Below are positions 29,889 through 38,690 of a stretch of DNA of 64,000 nt, piece after piece. The stretch comes from an uncultured Methylophilaceae bacterium. Lineage in GTDB: Bacteria; Pseudomonadota; Gammaproteobacteria; Burkholderiales; Methylophilaceae. Within the stretch, counting starts at the first letter, position 1. Each line of letters begins with the position of its first letter. The notes under the pieces were generated by a model that saw nothing but the letters and a program-made list of their open reading frames with translations, was not told the DNA's origin and made no database searches. The stretch is taken from positions 60,654-124,653 of the forward strand of contig CAIPBJ010000093.1 in assembly GCA_903863255.1 (NCBI GenBank), given 5' to 3'. The position numbers were made by a program, and so were the translations under genes.

Positions 29889-30563
29889 TTATCTCCGAGT
29901 CGAAGTATTGTGGTGTTTAGGTATTGTATTGGATACACCGACAGTTTTCCTGTGGGTAATGTTCGAACTCGTCTCTGCAACTTTTTCTGCTGCTGGATGC
30001 TCGTAATGAACGTTAACATTTTTTAGCAAGGTTAACGTTTTCTCATCTTTATTGAAAATAAGACCCGTACCATGAACAACGGTCTTAGGGTCCTGAGTGA
30101 TGGTTACCGGATAATCAGTCTTTGCAATCCCATCATTCGGAAAAACCTTAAGATATTCAGTTTTTAGTACCATTTGGCCCCTATCTTTAGTTGCTTCCCT
30201 AACAATTACAACGTTATCCATAACTTCGACGGTATCCCCATTATTCAGAACCTTTCCACGCTGCCCTTCAATCTGGGAGAAGGGTTTATTGACGCCATAC
30301 TGTGTAAAACGTGGCCTAATTAGCTGAGTACTGTCATCGTCAGGGTAATGGACCATTTCTACTGCAGCTAAAACATATTTCAGATTGCCATTCAAATCAG
30401 TTTTTGAGGTTACAAAATTTTTTAAGTAGTAATCAGGGTCATGACGACTACTTCCGTCCGGTTTATGTAACGGTAACTTTACTGTTCTATCAATCCATAA
30501 AGTCAGCAAAGCTAACAATGATAAAACGATAATTGGAAACAAAATTGTTGACCTGCTCGACAT
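29889..30563 (-). CDS. lptC: LPS export system protein LptC (with C-terminal extension)
   Basis: N-terminal TM anchor and position between kdsC and lptA. About 30 extra C-terminal residues relative to E. coli LptC. Confidence 0.8.
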   Translation of the reverse strand: MSSRSTILFPIIVLSLLALLTLWIDRTVKLPLHKPDGSSRHDPDYYLKNFVTSKTDLNGNLKYVLAAVEMVHYPDDDSTQLIRPRFTQYGVNKPFSQIEGQRGKVLNNGDTVEVMDNVVIVREATKDRGQMVLKTEYLKVFPNDGIAKTDYPVTITQDPKTVVHGTGLIFNKDEKTLTLLKNVNVHYEHPAAEKVAETSSNITHRKTVGVSNTIPKHHNTSTRR

Positions 30564-30577
30564 TATCTTAGCTTACT

Positions 30578-31117
30578 TTATTTTAGGAATTGGTTCATTT
30601 GTGAATCAAAAGTACCTTGTGCTTTCATAATTAATTCACATAATTCCCGAACCGCACCTCTTCCTGCCTCGCGAGTTGTAACATAATGAGCATATTCTTT
30701 AACCAATGGCATTGCGTGAGGTACCGTTACAGCAAGGCCACATCGGCGCATGGGAGGAATATCAACGACGTCATCACCCATAAAGGCACATTCTTCCGGC
30801 AAAACCTTGAGGTCTTGAATCAATGAGTAAAATGCTTCCAGCTTATCTTCGACACCTTGATAAATATGTTTTATACCAGTATTTTCAGCACGTTTTATAA
30901 CCAATTGCGATTTCCGTCCCGTTACGATTCCCATGCTTATCCCGGTGTTTTTCAGTAGCTTCATGCCAAGTCCGTCCTGAGAGTGAAAGGTCTTGAACTC
31001 AAGTCCATCATCACCTAGGCCTAACCCACCGTCAGTCATTACCCCATCCACATCAAAAATTACCACTTTGATTCTTTTTGCTCTTACGTCTAGCGATATT
31101 TCTTCATTAAGAATCAC
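30578..31117 (-). CDS. kdsC: 3-deoxy-D-manno-octulosonate 8-phosphate phosphatase
   Basis: HAD motif VVIFDVDGVMTDG plus GDD, and kdsD-kdsC synteny. Confidence 0.9.
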   Translation of the reverse strand: MILNEEISLDVRAKRIKVVIFDVDGVMTDGGLGLGDDGLEFKTFHSQDGLGMKLLKNTGISMGIVTGRKSQLVIKRAENTGIKHIYQGVEDKLEAFYSLIQDLKVLPEECAFMGDDVVDIPPMRRCGLAVTVPHAMPLVKEYAHYVTTREAGRGAVRELCELIMKAQGTFDSQMNQFLK

Positions 31118-31118
31118 T

Positions 31119-32117
31119 TTAAACTACCTTTGCAATTAACAAATCGTGCATATTCAGTGCACCAACGAGAAACCCTTGATCGTCGATAACGATCAAGGAA
31201 GTGATTTTTTTCTGTTCCATCAATTCAACAGCGTCGACAGCCAACTGATAATGTTTGATGTGTGTCGGATGAATGTTCATTACATCTTTAACCATGGTCT
31301 GTCCAATATCAATTCCATTTTCAAAAGCACGCCTCAAGTCACCATCCGTGAATATCCCAACAGGAAAATGCTTGTCATCGACAATGGTTGTCATCCCTAG
31401 TCCCTTTCGAGACATTTCAAGGAGGGCGGTTTTTAATGATGCATTAACGTCGACAGTTGGGATAGCCTTGTCCTGTCTCATTATGTCGCTGACCCTCACA
31501 AGAAGTTTGCGTCCGAGGCTTCCACCTGGATGAGAAAGCGCAAAGTCCTCTGCTGAAAATCCACGTTGGTCCAATACCGCAATGGCCAGGGCATCACCTA
31601 ATGCCAATGCGGCAGTGGTGCTTGCTGTGGGAGACAGTCCAAGAGGGCAAGCCTCTTCAGCGACCTGCGCATCTAAGTGAATATCAGCTTGATTTGCAAG
31701 TGTGGAGCGAGGTTTACCAGTGATGCTTATGAGTTTCGCGCCTAACCTTTTCAATAGGGGAATAATTACGACAAGTTCATCATTTTCCCCTGAGTTTGAT
31801 AATGCAATCACGACATCGTCCTTTGTAATCATACCAAGGTCACCATGACTTGCTTCTGCCGGATGCATAAAAAATGCTGGCGTGCCGGTACTTGCAAAAG
31901 TGGCGGCGATTTTGTTGGCTATATGGCCTGATTTACCCATTCCACTTACCACAACTCGCCCCTTGCAATGTAAAATGAGGTTTGTGGCTTGAGTGAAGCT
32001 TTCATCAAGTTTATGTGCGATTGACTCAACAGCGCTAGCCTCAATCATTAAAACCTTCTTGGCTAATTCGATTGGGGTTGTTTTGGAGTCGAATTTTTGA
32101 AATTTGGATATTCCCAT
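31119..32117 (-). CDS. kdsD: Arabinose-5-phosphate isomerase
   Basis: SIS domain GMGKSGHIANKIAATFASTGTPAFFMHPAEASHGDLG plus two CBS domains. Inner Met 36 gives about 332 aa, colinear with E. coli KdsD and without overlap of the divergent antiporter gene. Confidence 0.93.
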   Translation of the reverse strand: MGISKFQKFDSKTTPIELAKKVLMIEASAVESIAHKLDESFTQATNLILHCKGRVVVSGMGKSGHIANKIAATFASTGTPAFFMHPAEASHGDLGMITKDDVVIALSNSGENDELVVIIPLLKRLGAKLISITGKPRSTLANQADIHLDAQVAEEACPLGLSPTASTTAALALGDALAIAVLDQRGFSAEDFALSHPGGSLGRKLLVRVSDIMRQDKAIPTVDVNASLKTALLEMSRKGLGMTTIVDDKHFPVGIFTDGDLRRAFENGIDIGQTMVKDVMNIHPTHIKHYQLAVDAVELMEQKKITSLIVIDDQGFLVGALNMHDLLIAKVV

Positions 32118-32216
32118 ACGTGCCAAGTATAAAAGGGAATCTCCGACTAATAAAGGACGAAAAGCAAATAACGTCAACTTTTGACAAAGTCGGCATAATT
32201 TTTGCGTGAAAATACG

Positions 32217-34190
32217 ATGCACGAAACATTACCAGCCATCTTAATGTTGTTAACAAGCTCAGTTTTAGTCGTGGCTTTGTTTCGAGTTTTCAATCTTCCT
32301 ACGATGCTGGCTTACTTTTTTGTAGGCCTTGTATTAGGTCCAAAGAACTTCGGTTTGCTTCAAGATATTGATTCGAATAGGGAGCTTGCAGAATTCGGAA
32401 TTGTTTTTTTAATGTTTAGCATAGGTTTGGAATTTAGTCTCCCCCAGTTGTATGCCATGAGAAGAATAGTGCTTGGTCTCGGAGGCATGCAAGTTGTTAT
32501 AACGATGGCAGTTACCATGATGGTTTGCATTATGCTGGGGCTGAACTGGAAAACAGCACTGGTTATTGGCGGCGCATTAACAATGTCTTCGACAGCCATT
32601 GTTTCAAAGCTGCTTGTAGAGCGCTTGGATCTAAATTCCCGCCATGGCAGGCTTTCCATAGGTGTTTTGCTTTTTCAAGACATCGCCGTAGTTCCTTTGC
32701 TGGTAATGATTCCAGCGATTGCTAGTCCGGAGCAGAGTTTAATGCATACGCTTTGGATTGCTTTTGTAAAGGCAGCAATTGTGTTGGCCATTTTATTTGT
32801 TTTTGGAAAAAACCTAATGAACCGATGGTTTGGTTTGGTGGCTCGGCAACGTTCACGTGAGCTATTTGTGATGAATGTGTTGATGGTAACACTGATGCTA
32901 GCCTATGCTACAAAATTAGCAGGATTATCGTATGCACTGGGAGCATTTATTGCGGGCATGTTGATTTCCGAGACTCGTTTCCGTTATCAAGTTGAATCCG
33001 ATATAGCGGCTTTTCGAGATATTCTTTTAGGTCTATTCTTTATTACGATTGGCATGCTTTTAGATATCCATGTTCTTTTCGAGAATTGGGGTGGAGTGGT
33101 TTTGCTTGTTATCCTTCTCGTGACTTTCAAGGCAATGGTTGTTGCTTTTTTAAGCAGAATATTTGGATATGAACCTGGAGTGGCTGTCAGGACTGGGGTT
33201 ACTTTAGCACAGGCGGGTGAATTTTCATTTGTAATATTTGCTCTTGGTTCACAAAATGGTCTATTAAGTAATGACGTTTTACAAGTAGTGCTTTCAGCCT
33301 CATTGCTTTCAATGGTTTTTGCACCATTCATCATCCAGCACAACTTGCAAATCGCTGAATTCTTTGCGCGAAGTTACACACGTAATCGAAGTAATCAAAT
33401 TGAGCAGATTGGTTCAATAGGAAAGCAACTTAAAGACCATGTCATAATTTGCGGCTTTGGAAGAAGCGGACAATATCTAAGTCGATTTCTCAAAGAAGAG
33501 AAGATTCCATTTATGGCGCTTGATATTGACCCTTTAAGGGTACAGGAGGCTGCAAGCGCCGGAGAGCATGTCATGTATGGTGATGCGGGAAGACGACTGG
33601 TGCTCGATGCTGCCGGAGCAAAACGTGCTAAGGCGCTTATCATTAGCTACGATGATCCACCGTCAGCGATTAAGATACTGCATCTTGTGAACGATTTCTT
33701 CCCAGGATTGCCTGTCATCGTTCGAACTGTAGATGAATCAAATATGGAAAACTTTAGAGCTGCTGGTGCATCTGAGGTTGTTCCAGAGGTTCTGGAAGGC
33801 AGCCTAATGCTGGCTTCGCATGCATTAGTATTGCTAGGGGTTCCCTTAAACCGTGTTGTAAAGCGAATACGCGTGTTTCGTGAGGAGCGCTACAAAATGT
33901 TTAAGGGGTTCTTTCATGGCGTCTCGGATGGAGATGATGCCGTTGAGAAGTCGCTTCCAAGGATGCACACAGTCCCTATAAATGCTTTTGCCTACTGTGT
34001 TGGCAAAAGATTAATGGATATTTATTTTGGACAATGCAAGGTTGAGATCGCGGCAATTCGACGAAACTCGGAGCCCGTTGAGTCAAATCCAAAATTTATA
34101 TTCCAAGAAGGCGACGTTGTAGTTTTGCTTGCAAAACCTCACGATCTTATCCGGGCGGAAAAGATATTACTCACGGGTAAGGATTTATGA
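32217..34190 (+). CDS. CPA2-family monovalent cation:proton antiporter with a C-terminal RCK/TrkA-N domain (KefB/YbaL-like)
   Basis: About 12 TM segments followed by a Rossmann-type GFGRSGQ motif and a TrkA-C-like end. ATG at 32217; the ORF-track start at 32202 is TTG. Confidence 0.88.
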   Translation: MHETLPAILMLLTSSVLVVALFRVFNLPTMLAYFFVGLVLGPKNFGLLQDIDSNRELAEFGIVFLMFSIGLEFSLPQLYAMRRIVLGLGGMQVVITMAVTMMVCIMLGLNWKTALVIGGALTMSSTAIVSKLLVERLDLNSRHGRLSIGVLLFQDIAVVPLLVMIPAIASPEQSLMHTLWIAFVKAAIVLAILFVFGKNLMNRWFGLVARQRSRELFVMNVLMVTLMLAYATKLAGLSYALGAFIAGMLISETRFRYQVESDIAAFRDILLGLFFITIGMLLDIHVLFENWGGVVLLVILLVTFKAMVVAFLSRIFGYEPGVAVRTGVTLAQAGEFSFVIFALGSQNGLLSNDVLQVVLSASLLSMVFAPFIIQHNLQIAEFFARSYTRNRSNQIEQIGSIGKQLKDHVIICGFGRSGQYLSRFLKEEKIPFMALDIDPLRVQEAASAGEHVMYGDAGRRLVLDAAGAKRAKALIISYDDPPSAIKILHLVNDFFPGLPVIVRTVDESNMENFRAAGASEVVPEVLEGSLMLASHALVLLGVPLNRVVKRIRVFREERYKMFKGFFHGVSDGDDAVEKSLPRMHTVPINAFAYCVGKRLMDIYFGQCKVEIAAIRRNSEPVESNPKFIFQEGDVVVLLAKPHDLIRAEKILLTGKDL

Positions 34191-35272
34191 CAACTGAAGT
34201 TGTGATTGTCGGGGGAGGAATCGTTGGTTGCATGACGGCGATGGAATTGGTTGAAAGGGGCATTCGAGTAACCATCGTGGAGCGTAATGCGATTGCAAGT
34301 CAGACTTCAGGTGAGTCCTCATGGGCTGGAGGAGGAATAATTTTTCCTTTACTACCTTGGTCATATTCTGAGGAGGTAAACTCCCTTACAAGAAACGCAT
34401 CCCAATCCTATCAAAAAATATGTGACCGGTTATTCAAAGAAACTGGAATAGATTGTGGTTTTGAACAATCCGGTTTTTTATTATTGCCCGAATTCGATAG
34501 GAGTAAGGCTTCCACTTGGTGTGATTCAAATCAGGTTCCTTATGAGGAAACAAAAGCCTCGTATTTCGGTGTCGACTCTCCAAATGGCCAAGATTCCTTG
34601 TTCCTGCCTTCAGTTTGTCAGGTGAGGCCACCATTTTTTATGCAGGCATTACGGAAGTGGCTCGAACAGAATAAAGTAAAAATGATTGAGCATACTCAGT
34701 TATTGCCGATAAAGACCACCGGTCACTTAAATAGTTGGAAATCGGTAAATGGAGAGATGTTTGAAGCAGATAAATTTGTCGTAACCTCTGGCGCTTGGAG
34801 TTACGAGCTCCTGAAAGAGGTGGCAAATAAATTACAAATTAAACCGATGCGCGGGCAGATATTGCTCTACAAGCCTGATAGAAAGCTAATTAACCACATT
34901 GTTTACAGGAATGGCTTTTACTTGATTCCCAGAAAAGACGGTTTCCTTTTGGCTGGAAGCACATTAGAGGATGTTGGGTTTGATCCGTCTGTTACGGAGG
35001 AGGTCAAAGCCGAGTTGGCATTAAAGGCTGAGGCAATTTTACCTGAACTTAAAAATTCTCCTATCCTAAAACACTGGTGTGGGTTGAGGCCTGGTACTCC
35101 TGAAAATATGCCAACAATCTCTTCGCATCCTCACATAGATAATCTTTTTCTAAATACAGGGCATTTTCGATATGGGCTAACGATGGCGCCGGCAAGCGCT
35201 AAGCTTATCTGTGACCTAATGACACATCAAGTACCTTTAATAAATCCAGAATCTTTTACTTTGAAAGAATGA
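34187..35272 (+). CDS. thiO: FAD-dependent glycine oxidase-like oxidoreductase (ThiO/DadA family)
   Basis: N-terminal VVIVGGGIVGC and SGESSWAGGGIIFPLLPW resemble proteobacterial ThiO. No thiS/thiG or TPP riboswitch is adjacent, so the function is less certain. An ATGA overlap links it to the antiporter gene. Confidence 0.6.
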   Translation: MTTEVVIVGGGIVGCMTAMELVERGIRVTIVERNAIASQTSGESSWAGGGIIFPLLPWSYSEEVNSLTRNASQSYQKICDRLFKETGIDCGFEQSGFLLLPEFDRSKASTWCDSNQVPYEETKASYFGVDSPNGQDSLFLPSVCQVRPPFFMQALRKWLEQNKVKMIEHTQLLPIKTTGHLNSWKSVNGEMFEADKFVVTSGAWSYELLKEVANKLQIKPMRGQILLYKPDRKLINHIVYRNGFYLIPRKDGFLLAGSTLEDVGFDPSVTEEVKAELALKAEAILPELKNSPILKHWCGLRPGTPENMPTISSHPHIDNLFLNTGHFRYGLTMAPASAKLICDLMTHQVPLINPESFTLKE

Positions 35273-35286
35273 TTGTATTTATTACA

Positions 35287-35325
35287 GGCAATAAAAAAGC
35301 GCCATAAAGGCGCTTTTTTATTGCC
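35287..35325. terminator. Bidirectional rho-independent terminator
   Basis: Perfect 17-bp palindrome GGCAATAAAAAAGCGCC / GGCGCTTTTTTATTGCC with a 5-nt loop. The GC core AGCGCC/GGCGCT is followed by a T-run on both strands. It lies between the convergent thiO and small-protein genes. Confidence 0.85.
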
Positions 35326-35333
35326 TACCAGAA

Positions 35334-35531
35334 TTACTTAGCTTCTGGAGCCTTTGCTTCTTCTTTCATTTCTGCTTTCTTAGCTTTTTTATGCTTTTTA
35401 GCATGCTTAGCTGGAGCAGCTTTAGCTGCTGGTGCAGCATCAGCTGCTGGTGCAGCCATGTCATCTGCTAAAGCTGAGAAAGAAACAGCAGAAAATACAC
35501 CTGCCAATAAAATTGCGATTAATTTATTCAT
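35334..35531 (-). CDS. Small secreted Ala/Lys/His-rich low-complexity protein (Asr-like composition)
   Basis: 65 aa. Signal peptide MNKLIAILLAGVFSAVSFSALA, then AAPAADAAPAAKAAPAKHAKKHKKAKKAEMKEEAKAPEAK. AAGGAA lies upstream of the ATG and a strong terminator downstream. Confidence 0.7.
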   Translation of the reverse strand: MNKLIAILLAGVFSAVSFSALADDMAAPAADAAPAAKAAPAKHAKKHKKAKKAEMKEEAKAPEAK

Positions 35532-35907
35532 TTAAAGAGTTCCTTTTGTAGTTAACTAAAAGATACCAACTAAAGTATCAGTGCACTCAACGTTTATGAG
35601 GCGCATAAGGTTTACATTGTTTGAGAATTTTTGCAACAGAAGTTTTCAATTTATTCAAAGATACGAAGTTTTATTGAATTTATAGATTAAATAAACATAA
35701 CATTTAATCTAAAGCCTACCTTTTATAACATGAACGTTTGCAAATGGATGTCATTTTTTTGAAAAAAAGAGTTTGAATCAGTAAGAAATGAACAGGACCA
35801 AATCAAATCAGTCCTAGAACCAGAGAAAATGACTAACCAAACATCAATCTTTGATATCAGGAATACCTCAAATAGAAAGTGTTCCTCAAATTGGTCTCAA
35901 TATTGGA

Positions 35908-36387
35908 TTAATAATCAGCTGTCCAATGCCCCGATTTCCCACCCAATTTTTCCAAGAGTCTGATGTTGCTGATAACCATGCCGCGATCAATGGACTTGCA
36001 CATGTCGTATATGGTAAGTAATGCAATGCTTACTGCTGTTAATGCTTCCATCTCAACTCCGGTTTTTCCATCACAATGAGTTGTGGCCATGCAATGTATG
36101 ACGTTCTCCTTTGGGTCGACGTTGAAATCAACGGTGACTTTATTTAATGCGAGCGTATGGCAAAGTGGAATAAGTTCATAAGTTCTTTTTGCACCTTGTA
36201 TTCCAGCAATCCTAGCTACGCCAAGTACATCGCCCTTTTTTGAATCGCCATTTTGAATAATTTTCATGGTCTCCTCAAGCATACTGATACATCCAGTTGC
36301 AGTTGCAGTACGATATGTAACGGGCTTGTTTCCTACATCTACCATATGGACGTTGCCATTATTATCGAAGTGTGTAAGTTCTTTCAT
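35908..36387 (-). CDS. moaC: Cyclic pyranopterin monophosphate synthase accessory protein
   Basis: 159 aa with [25 protein letters not shown] and LCH motifs. Confidence 0.95.
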   Translation of the reverse strand: MKELTHFDNNGNVHMVDVGNKPVTYRTATATGCISMLEETMKIIQNGDSKKGDVLGVARIAGIQGAKRTYELIPLCHTLALNKVTVDFNVDPKENVIHCMATTHCDGKTGVEMEALTAVSIALLTIYDMCKSIDRGMVISNIRLLEKLGGKSGHWTADY

Positions 36388-36458
36388 TGAATGTAACCTT
36401 TTGTAAAAATTTAACTCTTAATGTGAACTTGAGTATTAATATCGTTATCATAACAATC

Positions 36459-37898
36459 ATGAAGCATGTTTTAAGAATTTTGATTCCATTTATTCTTTTT
36501 TTGCCTTTTGCTATGGCTGATGATCTTCCTGAATTGGGTGACTCGTCTGCATTGGCGCTTTCCCCTTTAGATGAAAAAAGAATCGCCGATCAGATTATGA
36601 GGGACGTCATGTCGAGTGACGAGGTGGTATCTGACCCTGAAATCAATGATTATATTCAGAACCTGGGCGTTAAGCTCGCTGGTAACAGTCCAGATAAGTT
36701 ACAGCATTTTGATTTTTTTGTAGTCAAAGACAATACTATCAATGCTTTTGCCATGCCTGGTGGGGTAGTTGGAGTCCATACCGGATTAATTCTTGCAGCA
36801 TCAAACGAAGCTGAACTCGCAAGTGTTTTAGGGCATGAGATTGGTCACGTGGTTCAGCACCACATGGCAAGAATGTTAGCGCAACAAAAAAATGATTCGA
36901 TTATTAGCCTTGCAAGCATGGCCTTATCGATTCTGGCTGCTCGAGCAAATACCCAACTCGCAACGGCTGCGATGACAACTTCCACTGCAAGTTCAATTCA
37001 GAAACAACTCGATTATTCAAGAGAGAATGAACGCGAGGCCGATCGAGTTGGTATCCAGATACTGGAAAATTCCGGATACGATACTAATGCAATGGCAAGT
37101 TTTTTTGAGACCTTGCAAAAAGGGACAAGATTTAGTGAAGGCGCCGCACCGTCATTCCTTAGAACCCATCCGTTAACTTCAGAGCGCATTGCCGATGTTA
37201 AAGATCGAATTTCAAAAAGTGCAAATTTTCACATGGTTGTCTATGCACCAGATTTCGATTATGTAAGGGCCAAATTAATTTCGGGTATGGGCACACCCAG
37301 GCAGGCGATAGATGTATTTCAGAACAGTTTACAAGAAAAGAAATACTACAATGAGGCTGCTCAACACTATGGACTCGCTTTAGCTTTGATGAGGAATAGG
37401 GAATGGGAAGGCGTTAACAAACAACTTGCATGGCTTCGATCTAATGCAAATTGGCATCCGATGTTCGCAACTTTGGCTGCTAATTTAGAAGTTGCGAAAG
37501 ACAACCCTCAACAAGCAGCAAAACAATATCTGGCTGGGTTGGCAACTTTTCCTGATTATCGAGCCCTAATATACGGATATGCAGAACATCTTATAAATGT
37601 CAGGCAGCCGACATTGATGATAAATTTTGTTAAAGAGAAACAAACGGTTTACCAAGACGATCCATATCTCTACGAGCTTCTATCAAAAGCGTATGCGCTT
37701 TTAGGTAAGAACCTATTAAGTCATCAAGCCCTTGCTGAGAGTTATCAACGAAGTTATAACTTGGAAAAGGCTCTGGAGCAAATGGATATTGCAGTTCGAT
37801 CAGGTGATGGAGACTTTTATCAACAATCGATTGTTGAGGCGAGATGGAAACAACTCAGTCAACAAGTTGAAGATATTAAGAAAAATAAATTGAAATGA
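36459..37898 (+). CDS. M48-family metalloprotease with C-terminal TPR region (BepA/YfgC-like)
   Basis: Signal peptide from the inner Met (MKHVLRILIPFILFLPFAMA), zinc motif LGHEIGHVVQHH, downstream ENEREAD, and a TPR-like C-terminal half. Confidence 0.85.
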   Translation: MKHVLRILIPFILFLPFAMADDLPELGDSSALALSPLDEKRIADQIMRDVMSSDEVVSDPEINDYIQNLGVKLAGNSPDKLQHFDFFVVKDNTINAFAMPGGVVGVHTGLILAASNEAELASVLGHEIGHVVQHHMARMLAQQKNDSIISLASMALSILAARANTQLATAAMTTSTASSIQKQLDYSRENEREADRVGIQILENSGYDTNAMASFFETLQKGTRFSEGAAPSFLRTHPLTSERIADVKDRISKSANFHMVVYAPDFDYVRAKLISGMGTPRQAIDVFQNSLQEKKYYNEAAQHYGLALALMRNREWEGVNKQLAWLRSNANWHPMFATLAANLEVAKDNPQQAAKQYLAGLATFPDYRALIYGYAEHLINVRQPTLMINFVKEKQTVYQDDPYLYELLSKAYALLGKNLLSHQALAESYQRSYNLEKALEQMDIAVRSGDGDFYQQSIVEARWKQLSQQVEDIKKNKLK

Positions 37899-38341
37899 CG
37901 AAACGAAGATTATTTTTGCTAAAAGCTGCTGGGATTTTATCAAGTCTCCTTTTTTTACCTATCTCCGCGATAGCCTCAGTATGGAACAAAATGGCTTTCG
38001 AATCGGTTTCAATTGATGATGCTTTTAAAGGCCTTCAAGTTTCTAAAAATGTTTTAAGTAATGAAATACAGATTATTGCACCTGAAAAAGCTGAAAATGG
38101 GGCCGTTGTTCAAGTTGAGATTCGAAGTAACTTAGCCAATACGCAAGAAATTGCGATTCTGGTCGAAAAGAATCCTACACCTCTAATTGCTAATTTTTCA
38201 TTCGCTAATGGAATCGATCCTTATGTTGTAACGCGAATAAAAATGGCCGAGACCTCAGATATACTGGCCTTAGTGAAGGCAGATAATCAATATTTTCTAG
38301 CCAGAAAATCTGTTGAGGTGCTTGAAAATGGATGTGGTTAA
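37895..38341 (+). CDS. soxY: Sulfur carrier protein SoxY
   Basis: Tat-type signal KRRLFLLKAAG, then APEKAENGAVVQVEI, VEKNPTPLIANF, TRIKMAETS and a C-terminal carrier cysteine (...ENGCG). The start overlaps the protease stop (ATGA). Confidence 0.88.
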   Translation: MTKRRLFLLKAAGILSSLLFLPISAIASVWNKMAFESVSIDDAFKGLQVSKNVLSNEIQIIAPEKAENGAVVQVEIRSNLANTQEIAILVEKNPTPLIANFSFANGIDPYVVTRIKMAETSDILALVKADNQYFLARKSVEVLENGCG

Positions 38342-38343
38342 CA

Positions 38344-38661
38344 ATGAATAATGACATCAAAATTCGTGCTTTGCTAAAAGATAAGACTACTGAACTTAAA
38401 ATGATCATAATCCATCCTATGGATACTGGTAGAAGAAAGAATGACGCAGGTGAAATTATTCCGGCACACTTTATTGAATTGCTGACAGTTAAACTTAATG
38501 ACATTGTTATTCTTGAAGCTCAATGGGGGACAGGCATTGCTAAGAATCCTTATCTTACTTTTAACCTAAATAATGCAAAAATAGGAGACAAGATATCCGT
38601 ATATTGGAAAGATAACTTAGGAGAAACCGGCTTTGGAGAGAGTTCGATTGTTCAAGGTTAA
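38344..38661 (+). CDS. soxZ: Sulfur compound chelating protein SoxZ
   Basis: IIIHPMDTGRRKNDAGEIIPAHFI and YWKDNLGE are typical of SoxZ. The ATG lies 2 nt after the soxY stop. Confidence 0.88.
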   Translation: MNNDIKIRALLKDKTTELKMIIIHPMDTGRRKNDAGEIIPAHFIELLTVKLNDIVILEAQWGTGIAKNPYLTFNLNNAKIGDKISVYWKDNLGETGFGESSIVQG

Positions 38662-38690
38662 TCGACTGAAATATTCCAGATTCCCTATCA

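Noticed and set aside
35728-35750. Sigma-54 -24/-12-like element (TGACAT-N4-TTGCA on the minus strand) upstream of the Asr-like gene
   Set aside because: It has only one G of the GG dinucleotide, lies about 200 nt from the start codon, and is a single weak match in AT-rich DNA.
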